NCBI GenBank assembly: GCA_022813965.1
Contig: JALDZS010000043.1
Coordinates: forward strand, 124,001-149,009
Direction of reading: 5' to 3'
DNA: 25,009 bases
Source: Toensbergia leucococca
Lineage: Eukaryota
Shown piece by piece: positions 9,307-22,605 of the stretch. The notes under the pieces were generated by a model. That model ran no database searches, was not told where the DNA came from, and worked only from the letters and a program-made list of their open reading frames with translations. Made by a program: the position numbers and the translations under genes. Each line of letters opens with the position of its first letter. Within the stretch, counting starts at the first letter, position 1.

Positions 9307-12300
9307 TCAGAATTTGGACACAGCGATAGCAATGGCTTGCACGTCACTGTGGCTGATACTGACATCCACGCTCAAGACGCCTGCCTTGTCTGCCGCCGCC
9401 TTTGCGTCGCCATGAAGCTGAAAACAGTATTAGCCTTATTCAACATGCCATCATACAAACAGATCAACTCACCGTCACCACTGGCGCACCCTTCTCGTCA
9501 TTAGTGATTTCAATGTCCTTCAAAGCAGCACCTGCTCCTTTGCCTTCCACGCCCAAACTCTTGAATACCGCCTCCTTTGCACTCCATCGTCCCGCAAAGC
9601 TTGCTTGTGCACTCGCTGACTTCTTGCAGTACGCTTGCTCGTTGGCCGTGAAATTGCGCTCGATGAAAGTCTCGTTCTCGATATTGATCGCGTCAACGCT
9701 CTCAACGTCCACGCCGATCTTCGAGTTTGCTGTTGCAGTGGCTTTAGCTAGAGACTCAACCATCCGCTTAGTGGACTCGGTTTTCGGGTCGACGACTTTC
9801 TTTGGTGGAACCGACGAATACTTAAGCTCAGATGATTTTTTGTCTACCGAGACTCGTAAAGTTGGATCCAGGAATACTTGGCTCTGTTGAGCGTCAGAGT
9901 ACGGAGAATGATCCTTGGCGACAAACAAAGTGTTGGTGATGAGCCCATTATGGAAGAAGCGGTAGGCGCGCTTTTGTCTTGCCTGTACTTTCGACTTGTA
10001 GGTTTGATATTGTGCTTGGTCAAGCGTAGCAAAGAGATACTTGGGGTGGATACCGATTGCCTGAGCACCTTTTTGTCCAAACCCGAATGAGGTGACTGAA
10101 AAAGCCTTGATGCCGTCGGTTTGGAGCGATCGACTCGGATAGACGATATAATCAAACTTCTCCATGACTTTATCCACGTTGTCCGCGTTCCGGTTTCCGG
10201 GTACAAGACCGCTGTTGAGTGCTTGCAAAGCACCGTTGAACATCCACGCGCCAGCAGCGCCTTTGGGATGCCCGGTAAGATATTTCTGGAAAATACCTAG
10301 GAGTGCGTTGCCCTTCTTACGGCCGAGGTGTTTCATTTGTTGGCAAATGACGTCGGATTCGTTCTTGTCGTTCGCAACAGTCGACGTCCCATGGAAGGAG
10401 GCAACACCCAAGTCGTCAATGGTTAGACCCCACGTAGCGAGAGCCCCCCTCAAGGGTGCAATACGAGAATCCTGCTTCCAGAAGCTGTTGCCCAAGCTAT
10501 TCATGGCATCTTTCTCCTGGCGAACGGCCTCTCTCTCGATATGTTGGGCTCGCTCTTGCATGTATTCCGATTCATCGAATTTACCTTCTTGAGACTTCAT
10601 CGCTGCAACCTCCTCTTGTAGATACATCAGCTCCGATTCTTGCCACTGTTTGATCTGAGCTCTCCTTAGATTTAATTGTCTCTTGCGATAGTGGATATCC
10701 AGCAGAGGTGATGGGAATTTCGATGGCTGTTCCTTAGCAGAAGTCAGAACACCCTGTCCTGGTGCTGGTACCGATCGCCCAATCTTATCAGTGGCAGTCG
10801 CAGTGAAGCCTAGAATACCGTAGATAGGGACACCCATGTCTAAGGCTAGCTGTGCGGACATGATGACTTGCATACCACATCCTTGAGACTCCATGAAGCC
10901 ATTTCTGGTAGTTGAAGTTGGACGAGACATTTCTGCAGGCGTTCTTCCGTGAGCGAGTTCATCTACAGCGTTGCTCGTAGCCTTCATATTTGCAAACTCA
11001 TATGAGCCTTCTTCCGAAAACTCATCAAACCCACCGACTAGACACACTCGAGCCTTGCCCTCAATAATGGTCTCGTACCCAATATCAAGCGATTCCACAG
11101 CAGTAGCGCATGCACCAACAGGTGTCTTGATAGGACCTGTGGAGGATATGAGCAACATGTTGACCCAGGCGCTCATCGTGTTGATGAAAGATTCTTGAAG
11201 GATGTCTTTTTGAAGTGGTTGATCCAAGAAGCGAGTCTTGTACATTCCTTTGAGAGCAGACGTTCCGCCCAAACCCGAACCAACACAGTTGCCCACTTCT
11301 GAAATATGAACATACTGATAAAACTCATAGGGATCAGTAATACCGGAGGAGAGAAGGGATTCTGCTGTGCACACGAGGACGTAAAGAGTGACAGGGTCAA
11401 CCTGAGAGATGATGTCGTCTGGGATACCATACTTCTTCGCATCCCATCCGGTTGGTATCTGACCCGCAACAAGTCGATCGAATTTCAAGGCCTTGGGGAT
11501 CATCAAAGTTGCCCCCTTCTTTAGACGAACCGTGTATTCTCCTGATTCAGGGATCTCAAAGATCTCAACTTTGTCACCATGCTGGTGCTTAAAGTCCTCG
11601 GCCATTTCTTTTGATGCTTCGAACTGATCCAGGTCTTCTTCGATGACTATCTCCTGCAGCAGCTGTTTCTTATTCGGATCATATCCTTTAAAGAGGTCGG
11701 GTTCAATGAGACGGATACCGCAGTGTTCCAGAATGTACTTTTCGTATTTGGCTTTGACGTCTTTGTCGTCAACTGGATCGCCCGTCTTGGCATCCACCCA
11801 GCCAGAGTACGATTTGCCCTTGAGTGGTCCGTTGTGATTTTTGATGAGGCCCATAATCCAGGACATCTCAACACAGCCTTCGAGTGAGAACTTACCATAG
11901 GCCTCCATCTCCCATCGAGTCCTAGAATTACCCCATGGGCCTACCTCAGAGAAGCCTGTAACAACAACCACTTTATCGAGGTCTACCATACCCTTCAGAT
12001 TAGAGTTGAGTGGCTCAACCTCAGTCTTCCAATCCGGTATTTCAGGAAAGTCGAATTTTATGTTTGCGCGTGGTTCAACAGTGACTTTCTTGTACAAAAC
12101 CTCGCTGTCTTCCCCGTTGACAATCTTGTTTTCAATCGCAGTCTCTTTGGTGACAGCGTTACGTACTTCACTCGTTTGCATGATCTCCTTTCGTAGGTTC
12201 GTCATCACTTTTTTGAGATCGGGAATGAATTGTAATCCACCGTTCAGATCGGCCATGACGGGTTCAACCTGGCAGAGGTTGACAATAGCTGGTGCCATGA

Positions 12301-15019
12301 GGCCGAGAAGGTTGAACGCCATCTCTTGCTGCGAGAACGTGCGAACGCCGTACCGCTCGACACCTTCAGCAACGATGTTATTACCGCTCATCAATCCAGT
12401 TCCACGAGTCCAACCAATCACAGCTCCGCAGATGGTTAAGAAATTGCCCCAGCTCTCCGAGTGCCAGCGATTGAACAGTGTTTCGAGCGCCAATTTAGAC
12501 TCGGAATACAGACCATCATTGCCAAATGTACCATGGTTGGGTGACAAAGGTAGGATGACTTGAGCAGGCCGAGTCTCGATTCCGCGTTCCTGCTTTTGCA
12601 GCTTGATACATCCAAGAAGTCTCAAAACATTGGTTAACATGATGCGATGAGCAAGTTCCGACTTCGAATCGATGCTGTCGATTTCACGACCGTTTTCAGG
12701 AATTGCTGCAAAGGGAATAACATAGTCAAGATCCCATCCAAGACCGGTCTTAGCGTCAAAAATATATTCGATAAGGGCCTCAACATCTTGCTTGCTACCT
12801 TGGTTGAAAGGTACAACGACAAGTTGAGACCCACTTGAACCGTATCGAGCATACATTGCTTGATAATACTCGGTGACTGAGCGTGAGAATCTACTCGTTG
12901 TGACAATCACTTTAGCACCGCCACTGATCAAGCCTTGCAGAACATCGGCACCAATCGAGCCTGCGCCAGCACCTGTCATGAGAGCGATTTTACCTTGGAA
13001 GGTAACTCCAGACTTGGCAGTCTGTTCTAGGCCTTCCAAGTATAAGCCCGTCAATTTCTTGCTGTATTCCCACCCATGCTCATCTTTTCTCTTGAGATGC
13101 AAGAACGGGATCGTCTCGACTTTCCCTTGCTTTATAGATGGCCGTGCGCCATTATAGCCACCCTTTTTTGCATGTCCGTTCATTGCTTTGCCGTTCCCGT
13201 TCTCAACCGGCATGATCTGGCCTTCATTCATCGAAAGAGAGCGTATGACATTTTCATATAGTGACTTGATCTGAAGATGAGATGATTTCGAAAAATGATG
13301 TTGCTGCTTTATAAGCTTGTAAATGCGTGATAGATCATTTTGCACCTTGGTCCGATTGCCATATTCAGAGATCTTGCCACCATCTGCCATTTCACGAACA
13401 TAGTGCTCAAGCTTGCGAGCACTAGTCCTTGGGACTTCTGCGTAATCGAGGTTACCACGTGCGTCGATCGTAGTCTGCGGGCCAGTTGGTACTCCGACGT
13501 TCTTATAGACCGGAGCTTCATTAATGACTTCTTTGCAATTCTCGATCAACTGTTCGCCGAGCTCTTTCGCCAATTGGTAGGTTTCTCCACGCTCCGTTGG
13601 GCAGTTGTCGATATGATACTGCATGAAGTCCAGCAGAAGAGGGTTTGATCGGTTCATAATGCGGATACACTGTCCGACGATCTCACGATCCACGGCTTTC
13701 AGTCGCCCAAAAATAATATCGTAGTACATGGAAATGGCGTCTTGACGAGCCCAATTCCACGCGGAATCATATACTCTAGCTTTGAGAGGAGTGAACGACG
13801 GTTCGATGCCGCTAGCGTAAAATTCTCCATGTTCTGTGTTCCATAGGTCGAGTTGTGCCTGCAGTACCTTTTGCGACTCCTGCGAACCCAGGTACGCTTT
13901 GTCACCAGCTCGAAGGTCCATTTTCAGGTACCGTGCGAAAAGTTCTAGTTGTTGCTTGAACAGTGTCTTTTGGTCCTTGGTAAGCGCATCAAGTGCTTCT
14001 GGGTCCATCATCATGCCCCCACCTCCCCCTCCAGCGTCACCACCGCTACTAGCTGCCGAAAGACTGATGCCAGCACTCGCGGCATACTTGTTCGACACGT
14101 CATCAAGGAAGGCTTTGGCGTCATTTTCAGATCCCAATCGCGCAGCAGGTTCCATTGTGAGAGCTAGAACAAGAACGCCGTCTTGTCGTCCAGGTCCAAG
14201 TCCCCACCTCGTCTCCAAATATTTCCGTACGGCAGTGATGTTAAAACCTCCCGGCATTTTGGACGAGACCAGGCGTGCAACAAGCGACGCTGACTGTTTA
14301 CCTAGCTGACCGTTGAAAGTAGCCTGCATCGAAGCACCTAGCTCGTCAAGTGGTGTATCTTCAGGCTTCTCCGGAGTCGAGCCAAATTCTTTGCCGAGGT
14401 CTCCAAGAATCTCGTTCTGTAGAGTTGATTTACCTAGAGAAACCATGTTAGTATGGGGGCCTGGGAGAAGGGTTTCCAGTACCATACCTCCAACTAGATC
14501 TTTAATCGCTTTGGTGAGGGGAATATCGGTTAACGGTTTCTTCAGCTTCTGAGCAATCAGCGCTCGAACAATATCTACCGCTGACACCGGGGCATCAGCT
14601 ACAGATGCTGCCGGACCAGCGCTTGGCGGTGGTGGAGCTGACACCGCCTTTGATGCTGCAGCGGGGGCAGAGGAAGATGAGCTAGGTATGGTGGCGGGCA
14701 CTTCGCCCGCTGCCGGTGCTACTTCTTCCTCAATTGGGTCCACATCATAGTATATCTCCTTTGCATCCTTGTTGTAGCAGAGGATCTGCCGCTGCACAGA
14801 TTTTGCGGCATCGTAAGCCTCGAATTTGGCTGCCAAAGTTCGCTTGGCCATGCCCCCCAGGGTTTCGGCGGGACCAATTTCAACGATACGTTCAGCAGTC
14901 TTTTCTCCAAGGATGACATCTTGCGTCTCTATCCATCTTACTGGTGATGCAAATTGATATGCCAGGAGTTCCACCAGGAGGATATGTGCAAGTTCTTGTT
15001 CAACTTCGGGACGCATCAT
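9307..15019 (-). CDS. FAS2: Fatty acid synthase subunit alpha (ACP-KR-KS-PPT), ~1867 aa; exons 15019-14488, 14433-9473, 9417-9307
   Basis: N-terminus [48 protein letters not shown] after splicing; [11 protein letters not shown] and [37 protein letters not shown]...[10 protein letters not shown]. Introns are 14487-14434 (GTATGG..TACTAAC..TAG) and 9472-9418 (GTGAGT..GCTAAT..CAG). The last exon encodes [36 protein letters not shown]. Confidence 0.97.
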
Positions 15020-15083
15020 GAAGGTGGTTTAACGTCCGTGGACGGGTGAGTCGTGTGAGAGTAATGAGTGAGAGATTAAATTG

Positions 15084-15296
15084 CTAGATAGTGGTAGTGG
15101 GTATGCTCAGCATATGAGCGAGAGTACTGATCCTTATTGCTGTTGTTGTTGTGGTGGTGGTGTAGTATGAGCTTTCTAGAGCTGGGTATCACCGAAGATG
15201 GGTTGTGGGGGAAGAGAGATGGGCTCGACGTAATGTGCAGAAGATGAATGCTGGAGTGATGGAAAAGGCAAAGAATCCTTGCAGATGGTAGCTCAC
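15084..15296 (-). other. Putative intron in the FAS2 5' UTR
   Basis: Donor GTGAGC at 15296 (a second GTGAGC at 15308), branch-like TGCTGAG at 15112-15106, acceptor CTAG ending at 15084, 65 nt before the ATG. Confidence 0.5.
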
Positions 15297-16036
15297 TTGC
15301 AGGCTCACTCTGGTCTACGGCGTTTGGTACTACGAGCAGAACGGGTGTTGGGGACAAAATAGTTGCAGATTGGGGGAATTTTACGGATACTGGGGGAGCT
15401 ACTCCCACAGCTCCGACCTGCTTCCTTCGACCCCGTTGCTCAGAAATGCAACGTTGGCTGACCTTACCCACATTAGGTTACACGCCCAGCCTACCTTAGC
15501 TTGGGATGGGCGGAAATATTTTAATTTCTACGATTTACCAGTGTGAACTGTGAACTACCTATCTAAAGCTCTGGACACTGGCATATCTTGACATGAGGGC
15601 AGATAACGATGCCATTGTTGTGTCAATGATTCTGCATGGGGAAGTGGGGCAGTATGCTGGTGAGGAAGGACTCGATGAAAACATGTTGAAACACTGGTTG
15701 AGTTCTGACGTCGAATCCTTCGCGATTTTTCCGGGGTCCACGCTATTTTAGCACGCCCAAAGTAAAAAAACATCCATGTAACAGTGATGATCCCCAACCT
15801 TACAATCGAAAGGGCGAGAGCTTCCTTTGATCCTTTAGAGCTGACCTGATTCATCTTTCGTATCACCCCGTCATTGGGTCACTTGATTACAGCTCCACAA
15901 ATTGTTCCAAACCTTGAAACCCACTTCTTCCTCATCTACGGATTGCCTTTCCCCCCAAACCACCCACACCGCTCCGACCATCGCCACGAATATCAGAGAG
16001 CGTAGACCATCATTGACCTTCCCTGATCTCCATTAC

Positions 16037-16170
16037 ATGTCAGGTATGAGAACCCATCTCCCTCTACGCTGAACCATCTCGGTGCAGCTTTCCCGCCGGA
16101 GGACTTTGCCAACAATAATATATTATCTTGCGACTAATGCCTTCTACAACACACAGCTCATAGTCCTTAA
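16037..16170 (+). promoter_or_regulatory. Putative intron-split uORF (MSAHSP*) in the FAS1 5' leader; intron 16044-16156
   Basis: ATG TCA G|GTATGA...GACTAAT...ACACAG|CT CAT AGT CCT TAA, with consensus donor, branch point and acceptor. The stop lies 50 nt before the FAS1 ATG. The transcription start is unknown. Confidence 0.6.
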
Positions 16171-16220
16171 ACCCATTTCGGTCAACTCTTTATTTCCATC
16201 TTTCACGCAAATCCCACAAC

Positions 16221-19200
16221 ATGTACGGTACAGGCCCTCATACCGGCGTCTCAACCCCTCGATCATCCCTTTCGCTCCGCCCGCTTACCCTCACACATGG
16301 CTCTCTCGAGCACTCCCTTCTCATACCAACATCTCTACATTATCATGCTTCTCATCTGAAGGACATCTTCACCGCGTCATTACCTACTCCTACAGACGAA
16401 CTAGCACAGGACGATGAGCCTTCTTCGGTAGCCGAGCTTGTTGCTCGGTATCTCGGATATGTTACCCATGAAGTCGACGACGGCGAGGATGATGCTCAAG
16501 GCTCGTATGAAGAGGTGCAAAAGCTGGTTCTGAACGAGTTCGAGCGGGCCTTTTTACGAGGGAATGATGTGCACGCTGTAGCCGCATCATTACCGGGCAT
16601 AGAACAGAAAAAGCTCATTGTCGTTCAATCATATTATGCAGCACGAGCGGCATCGAATCGACCTATCAGATCCCAAGAGTCTGCTCTTTTTAGAGCTGCA
16701 GGAGATGAGGAAGCCATTCTGTACGCTGTCTTTGGTGGACAAGGAAATATCGAGGAGTATTTCGACGAGCTACGCGAGGTATACAACACCTATCCTTCAT
16801 TTGTGGAAAACCTGGTCTCGCAATCCGCCGAGCTCTTGCAGTCTCTGGCGCGAGATACTCGTGCCGAGAAACTGTTCTCAAAAGGTCTGGATATAATGCA
16901 ATGGCTTCGCAACAAAGAGACTCAACCAGATACGGATTATCTCATATCAGCACCTGTTAGCCTACCATTAATAGGATTGGTCCAACTCGCACACTACACA
17001 GTAACGTGCAAAACCCTTGGCAGAACGCCAGGTCAAATCAGAGAACGCTTGAGTGGCACTACTGGCCACTCACAGGGTATTGTGACAGCGGCCGCAATTG
17101 CAGCAGCTGACACTTGGGAATCCTTTGACAAGCTGGCGCAGGAGACAATCACCATACTATTCTGGATAGGGTCTCGGAGTCAACAGGCCTACCCTCGAAC
17201 CTCACTGGCTCCATCTGTCTTGCAAGACTCGCTGGAGAATGGTGAAGGTAATCCTACTCCGATGTTATCAGTTCGGGATCTATCACGCGCAGCCCTACAA
17301 GAACATATCGACACAACTAACCATCACCTACCTAAAGATCGTCACATTGCGATTTCTCTCATCAACAGCGCCCGTAATTTTGTTGTCACTGGAGCTCCGA
17401 TTTCTTTGTATGGACTAAATCTTCGATTGCGTAAAGTCAAAGCACCGACGGGGCTGGACCAAACCCGCATACCCTATACGCAACGGAAAGTTCGATTTGT
17501 CAATCGCTTCCTTCCGATCACTGCTCCTTTTCATAGCCCGTACCTCGTTGAAGCCTACAAGAATGCACATGAGGATCTCAAAGATATCAAGATCTCTGCG
17601 CATAGTCTCGGTATTCCAGTCTACGACACAAATACAGGAAAAGATCTTCGGAGGGATGGCGACGCTAACATCGTGCCATCTCTGATTCGAATGATTACTC
17701 AAGAACCTGTAAATTGGGTTCAAGCAACAACTTTCCCACACGCAACACATATCATTGACTTTGGCCCCGGTGGTATTTCTGGACTGGGTGTACTTACTCA
17801 GCGCAACAAAGATGGTACTGGTGTGCGTGTTATACTCGGTGGTGCAATGGATGGCACTAATTTCGAAGTTGGATACAAGCCCGAATTATTCGACAGAGAC
17901 GAAGAGCACGCAGTGAAATATGCTGTGGATTGGGTCAAAGTTCATGGGCCCAAATTGGTGAAGACCTCGGCAGGCCAGACATTCGTGGACACTAAGATGA
18001 GCCGCGTTCTTGGAGTTCCCCCTGTAATGGTAGCTGGAATGACCCCGTGTACCGTACCATGGGACTTTGTTGCTGCTACTATGAATGCCGGATACCAGAT
18101 AGAGCTTGCTGGCGGAGGATACTACAACGCTAAGACGATGACAGAGGCATTGAGCAAGATTGAGAAGGCTATCCCACCCGGACGTGGAATAACAGTCAAT
18201 CTCATCTACGTGAATCCGCGAGCCATGGCTTGGCAGATCCCGCTTATTGGACAGCTTCGCGCCGATGGGGTCCCCATTGAAGGACTAACCATCGGGGCCG
18301 GTGTACCATCAATTGAGGTCGCGAACGAATACATCGAAACGTTGGGGATCAAACACATCTCATTTAAACCTGGATCCGTTGAAGCCATCCAAGCAGTAGT
18401 CAACATCGCAAAAGCCAACCCACATTTTCCGGTTTTTCTCCAGTGGACTGGAGGTCGCGGAGGTGGTCATCATTCATTTGAAGATTTTCATCAACCGATC
18501 CTGCAAATGTACGGTCGGATTCGTCAATGTGAAAACATTGTCCTTGTTGCTGGAAGTGGTTTTGGTGGGTCTCACGATACCTATCCTTACATAACAGGGA
18601 AATGGTCCCATAGATTTGGATATCCACCCATGCCTTTTGATGGCTGTCTATTTGGTAGTCGAATGATGACAGCGAAAGAGGCCAAGACATCGAAGAATGC
18701 AAAGAAAGCTATTGTAGAGGCTGAAGGTGTGGACGACAGTCAATGGGAAAAGAGCTACCAAGGACCCGTGGGTGGTGTAATCACTGTACGATCCGAGATG
18801 GGTGAACCAATTCATAAGCTTGCTACTCGCGGGGTCCTATTCTGGGCGGAGATGGATAAGAAAATCTTCAGTCTGGATAAAGCCAAACGCGTTCCCGAAC
18901 TCAAAAAGCAGCGCGAGTATATCATCAAGAAGCTCAATGATGATTTCCAAAAGGTATGGTTCGGTCGCAACGCAGCTGGCCAGACTGTAGATCTTGATGA
19001 GATGACCTACGGCGAGGTCGTTCGCCGTATGGTAGATCTAATGTTCATCAAGCATGAGTCTCGCTGGATCGACGAGTCACTCGAGCGTCTTACTGGAGAT
19101 TTTATTCGCCGCCTTGAAGAACGATTTACTCCCACTCCTGGAAAGCCTTCTATGGTGCAGAGCTATTCCGAACTTGACGAGCCATTCAAAGTCGTCGACG

Positions 19201-22200
19201 AGGTTCTCAAGACCTATCCCCAAGCCAACGAGCAGCCTATAAGTGCTCAGGACGTACAGCATTTCATCCTACTTTGCCAGCGTCGTGGGCAGAAGCCAGT
19301 CCCGTTCGTTCCGGCCTTGGACGAGAACTTTGAATTTTTCTTCAAAAAGGACTCCTTATGGCAGTCAGAAGATCTTGAGGCTGTTGTAGATCAAGATGTA
19401 GGTAGGACCTGTATATTACAAGGTCCTACGGCGGTCAAATACTCCACAAAAATTGATGAGCCTATCAAAGATATCCTCGATGGTATTCACCATGACCACA
19501 TCAGAGATCTTACACGAGACATCTACCACGGAAAGGAGAGCGAAATTCCGACAGTCGAATACTTTGGTGGCCAGCTTATTTCAGACTACGATGAGAACAT
19601 GGACAAAGAAGGCTTGACTACTACCCAGGATAGCCAACATATCACCTACCGTATCTCTCCTGCCGCCACTACCGCTCTACCGGAATTAGAGGCTTGGTTA
19701 CACCTCCTCGCTGGCAAGGCATATTGCTGGAGATACGCACTATTCACCTCAGAAGTGTTTATTCAAGGCCGGAGATTTCAGGACAATCCCATGAAGAGAA
19801 TTTTCGCGCCTACCAAGGGCATGGTCGTCGAAATATCGAATCCGAAGATAGTAGATAAAACGGTAATTACTGTCAAAGAGCCTTCATCGTCGGGCAAAAT
19901 AGTGAAGACTGTTGAGATTAGCATGACTGGCAACAAGGAAATTCTTTTCAACCTGTACAAGGAAGAGTCTGCTGAGGGCAAACCCGTTGCGTTACCCCTC
20001 AAATTCACGTATCATCCCGAAGCTGGCTATGCACCTATAAGAGAGGTGATGGAAGGTCGAAACGATAGGATCAAAGAATTCTATTACCGACTCTGGTTTG
20101 GTGATGAAAAGGTTCCGTTCGACGCGTCTGCCACCAGTACTTTCGAGGGCGGACGGGTTACCGTAACCAGTCAAGCGATCGCAGACTTTGTGCATGCTGT
20201 GGGCAACACTGGCGAAGCTTTTGTCGATCGGCCAGGCAAGGAAGTCTTTGCACCTATGGACTTCGCAATTGTGGTTGGCTGGAAAGCCATCACTAAACCA
20301 ATTTTTCCTCGTGTGATTGATGGTGACCTACTCAAGTTGGTACATCTATCCAATGCTTTCCGCATGGTTCCTGGCGCCGACCCTTTGAAGAAGGGAGATG
20401 TTCTGGACACTACAGCTCAGATTAATGCCGTTATAAATCAGGACTCTGGAAAGATGGTGGAAGTTTGTGGGACCATCAAGCGTGATGGCAAAGACATAAT
20501 GAATGTCACAAGTCAATTCCTATATAGGGGCGTCTACACCGACTTTCAGAACACTTTTCAGCGCAAGGATGAGACACCAATGAAATTGTATCTCGGTTCA
20601 ACAAAAGACGTCGCCGTTCTTCAGTCGAAAGAGTGGTTCTGTGTGGATGAGCCTGATACCGAGCTCCTGAACAAGACGCTCACCTTCCGTTGCCAAAGCT
20701 TGGTTTGTTTCAAAAACAAGACCATCTTCAGCTCGGTTGAGACTCGGGGCCAAGTATTCATGGAATTGCCCACCAAGGAGGTCATTCAAGTGGCCTCGGT
20801 CGAATATGAAGCAGGCGTGTCTCATGGCAACCCAGTCATCGACTACCTCCAGAGATATGGATCTTCGATTGAGCAACCCATCCACTTTGAGAATCCCATT
20901 CCACTCAGTGGAAAGACTCCTTTGACCCTTCGAGCTCCTGCTTCCAATGAGACGTATGCTCGTGTCTCGGGTGACTACAATCCCATACATGTGTCTCGTG
21001 TTTTCTCCAACTACGCCAACCTTCCCGGAACTATCACGCATGGCATGTACTCTAGTGCTACTGTGCGTAGTCTGGTGGAGACATGGGCGGCCGAGAACAA
21101 TATTGGACGCGTTCGAGGATTCCACTGTTCATTAGTTGGTATGGTCTTACCCAATGATGAGATTGAAGTCAAGCTTCAGCATGTTGGCATGGTAGCTGGC
21201 CGCAAAATCATCAAGGTCGAGGCAAGCAATAAAGATACGGAAGAGAAAGTGTTACTCGGCGAGGCAGAAGTAGAGCAGCCTGTATCATCTTACGTGTTCA
21301 CCGGCCAAGGATCCCAAGAACAAGGTATGGGAATGGAGTTGTATGCTAGCAGTCCAGTGGCCAAGGAGGTTTGGGATCGCGCCGATGCGCATTTCATGGA
21401 AAACTATGGTATGAAGGCGCTTAGTTCTTATTCTTATGTTCTTTGCTTCAACTAATCTCTGATCGCAGGTTTCAAAATCACAAATATCGTCAAAAACAAC
21501 CCCAATGAACTTACCATACATTTTGGTGGACCTCGCGGCAAGGCAATCCGCCAGAATTACATGGCAATGACTTTTGAGACTGTGAATGCAGATGGATCAA
21601 TCAAATCCGAGAAGATTTTCAAGGAGATCTCCGAGAATACTGCCTCATACACGTACCTGTCGCCAACAGGTCTACTATCGGCTACACAGTTCACGCAACC
21701 GGCCTTGACATTGATGGAAAAGGCAAGCTTCGAAGATATGCGAGCAAAAGGTCTTGTACAGAGGGACAGCTGCTTTGCAGGCCACTCCCTCGGCGAGTTT
21801 TCAGCCTTGGCTGCTTTGTCTGAAGTCATGTCAATTGAGAGCTTGGTGTCCATTGTCTTCTATCGTGGCCTAACAATGCAAGTAGCAGTGGAGCGTGACG
21901 CACAGGGTCGATCCAACTACTCCATGTGTGCTATTAACCCCAGCCGTATCAACAAAACGTTCAATGAGCAGGCTCTTATGTATGTGGTGGAAAATATCGC
22001 CGAGGAGACCAAATGGCTGCTGGAAATTGTCAACTTCAACGTTATAAATCAGCAATATGTCTGCGCAGGCGATGTAAGTTGAGCCTTGTGCTATCGAATC
22101 GAGAAGTATAGCTAACATCCACCAGCTCCGAGCACTAGACTGTCTCACAAACGTTACCAACTACCTCAAGGCTCAAAAAGTCGACATTCAAGACCTCATG

Positions 22201-22605
22201 CAAAGGATGTCCATTGAAGATGTGAAAAAACACTTTGTCGAAATCGTGCGCGAATGCGCCCGCCAAACCGAAGCCAAGCCCAAACCCATCGAACTCGAGC
22301 GCGGCTTCGCCACCATCCCGCTCAAGGGCATCGACGTCCCCTTCCACAGCACCTTTTTGCGCTCAGGCGTCAAACCATTCCGTAGCTTCTTGCAGAAGAA
22401 GGTCAACAAAAACACGATTGATCCGAGCAAGTTAGTGGGCAAGTACATTCCCAATGTGACGGCCAAGCCGTTTCAGATCTCCAAGGAGTATTTCGAGGAG
22501 GTTTATCGGCTTACGAATAGTCCGCGGTTGGCGAACGTGTTGGCGAATTGGGAGAGGTATGAGGATGGGAAAGAGGAAATGCCGTTGAAGGCTCAAGTTG
22601 TTTGA
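16221..22605 (+). CDS. FAS1: Fatty acid synthase subunit beta (AT-ER-DH-MPT), ~2090 aa; exons 16221-21408, 21469-22073, 22126-22605
   Basis: [15 protein letters not shown]-terminus; [18 protein letters not shown] and [21 protein letters not shown] and [29 protein letters not shown]. Introns 21409-21468 (GTATGA..ACTAAT..CAG) and 22074-22125 (GTAAGT..GCTAAC..CAG) join three ORF-track fragments in frame. Confidence 0.97.

Larger units (their letters stand above)
15020..16220. promoter_or_regulatory. Shared divergent promoter and 5' leader region of FAS2 and FAS1 (1201 bp)
   Basis: Head-to-head ATGs at 15019 (-) and 16221 (+). Divergent alpha/beta FAS pairing is the established arrangement in filamentous ascomycetes. 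Individual sites are not mapped. Confidence 0.8.

Noticed and set aside
9307..9318. FAS2 ends in SKF, a PTS1-like tripeptide
   Set aside because: It terminates the PPT domain of a megadalton cytosolic complex, so it is likely coincidental.
9402..22466. Numerous short antisense or alternate-frame ORFs inside FAS2 and FAS1 (also within TRM1, GH72 and ARP9)
   Set aside because: Expected shadow ORFs of long coding sequences, with no independent motifs.
9307..22605. FAS pair as a secondary-metabolite FAS (HexA/HexB-type) cluster
   Set aside because: The sequences look like conserved primary FAS, and the neighbours are housekeeping-type genes with no PKS, NRPS, tailoring enzyme or cluster regulator in the window.
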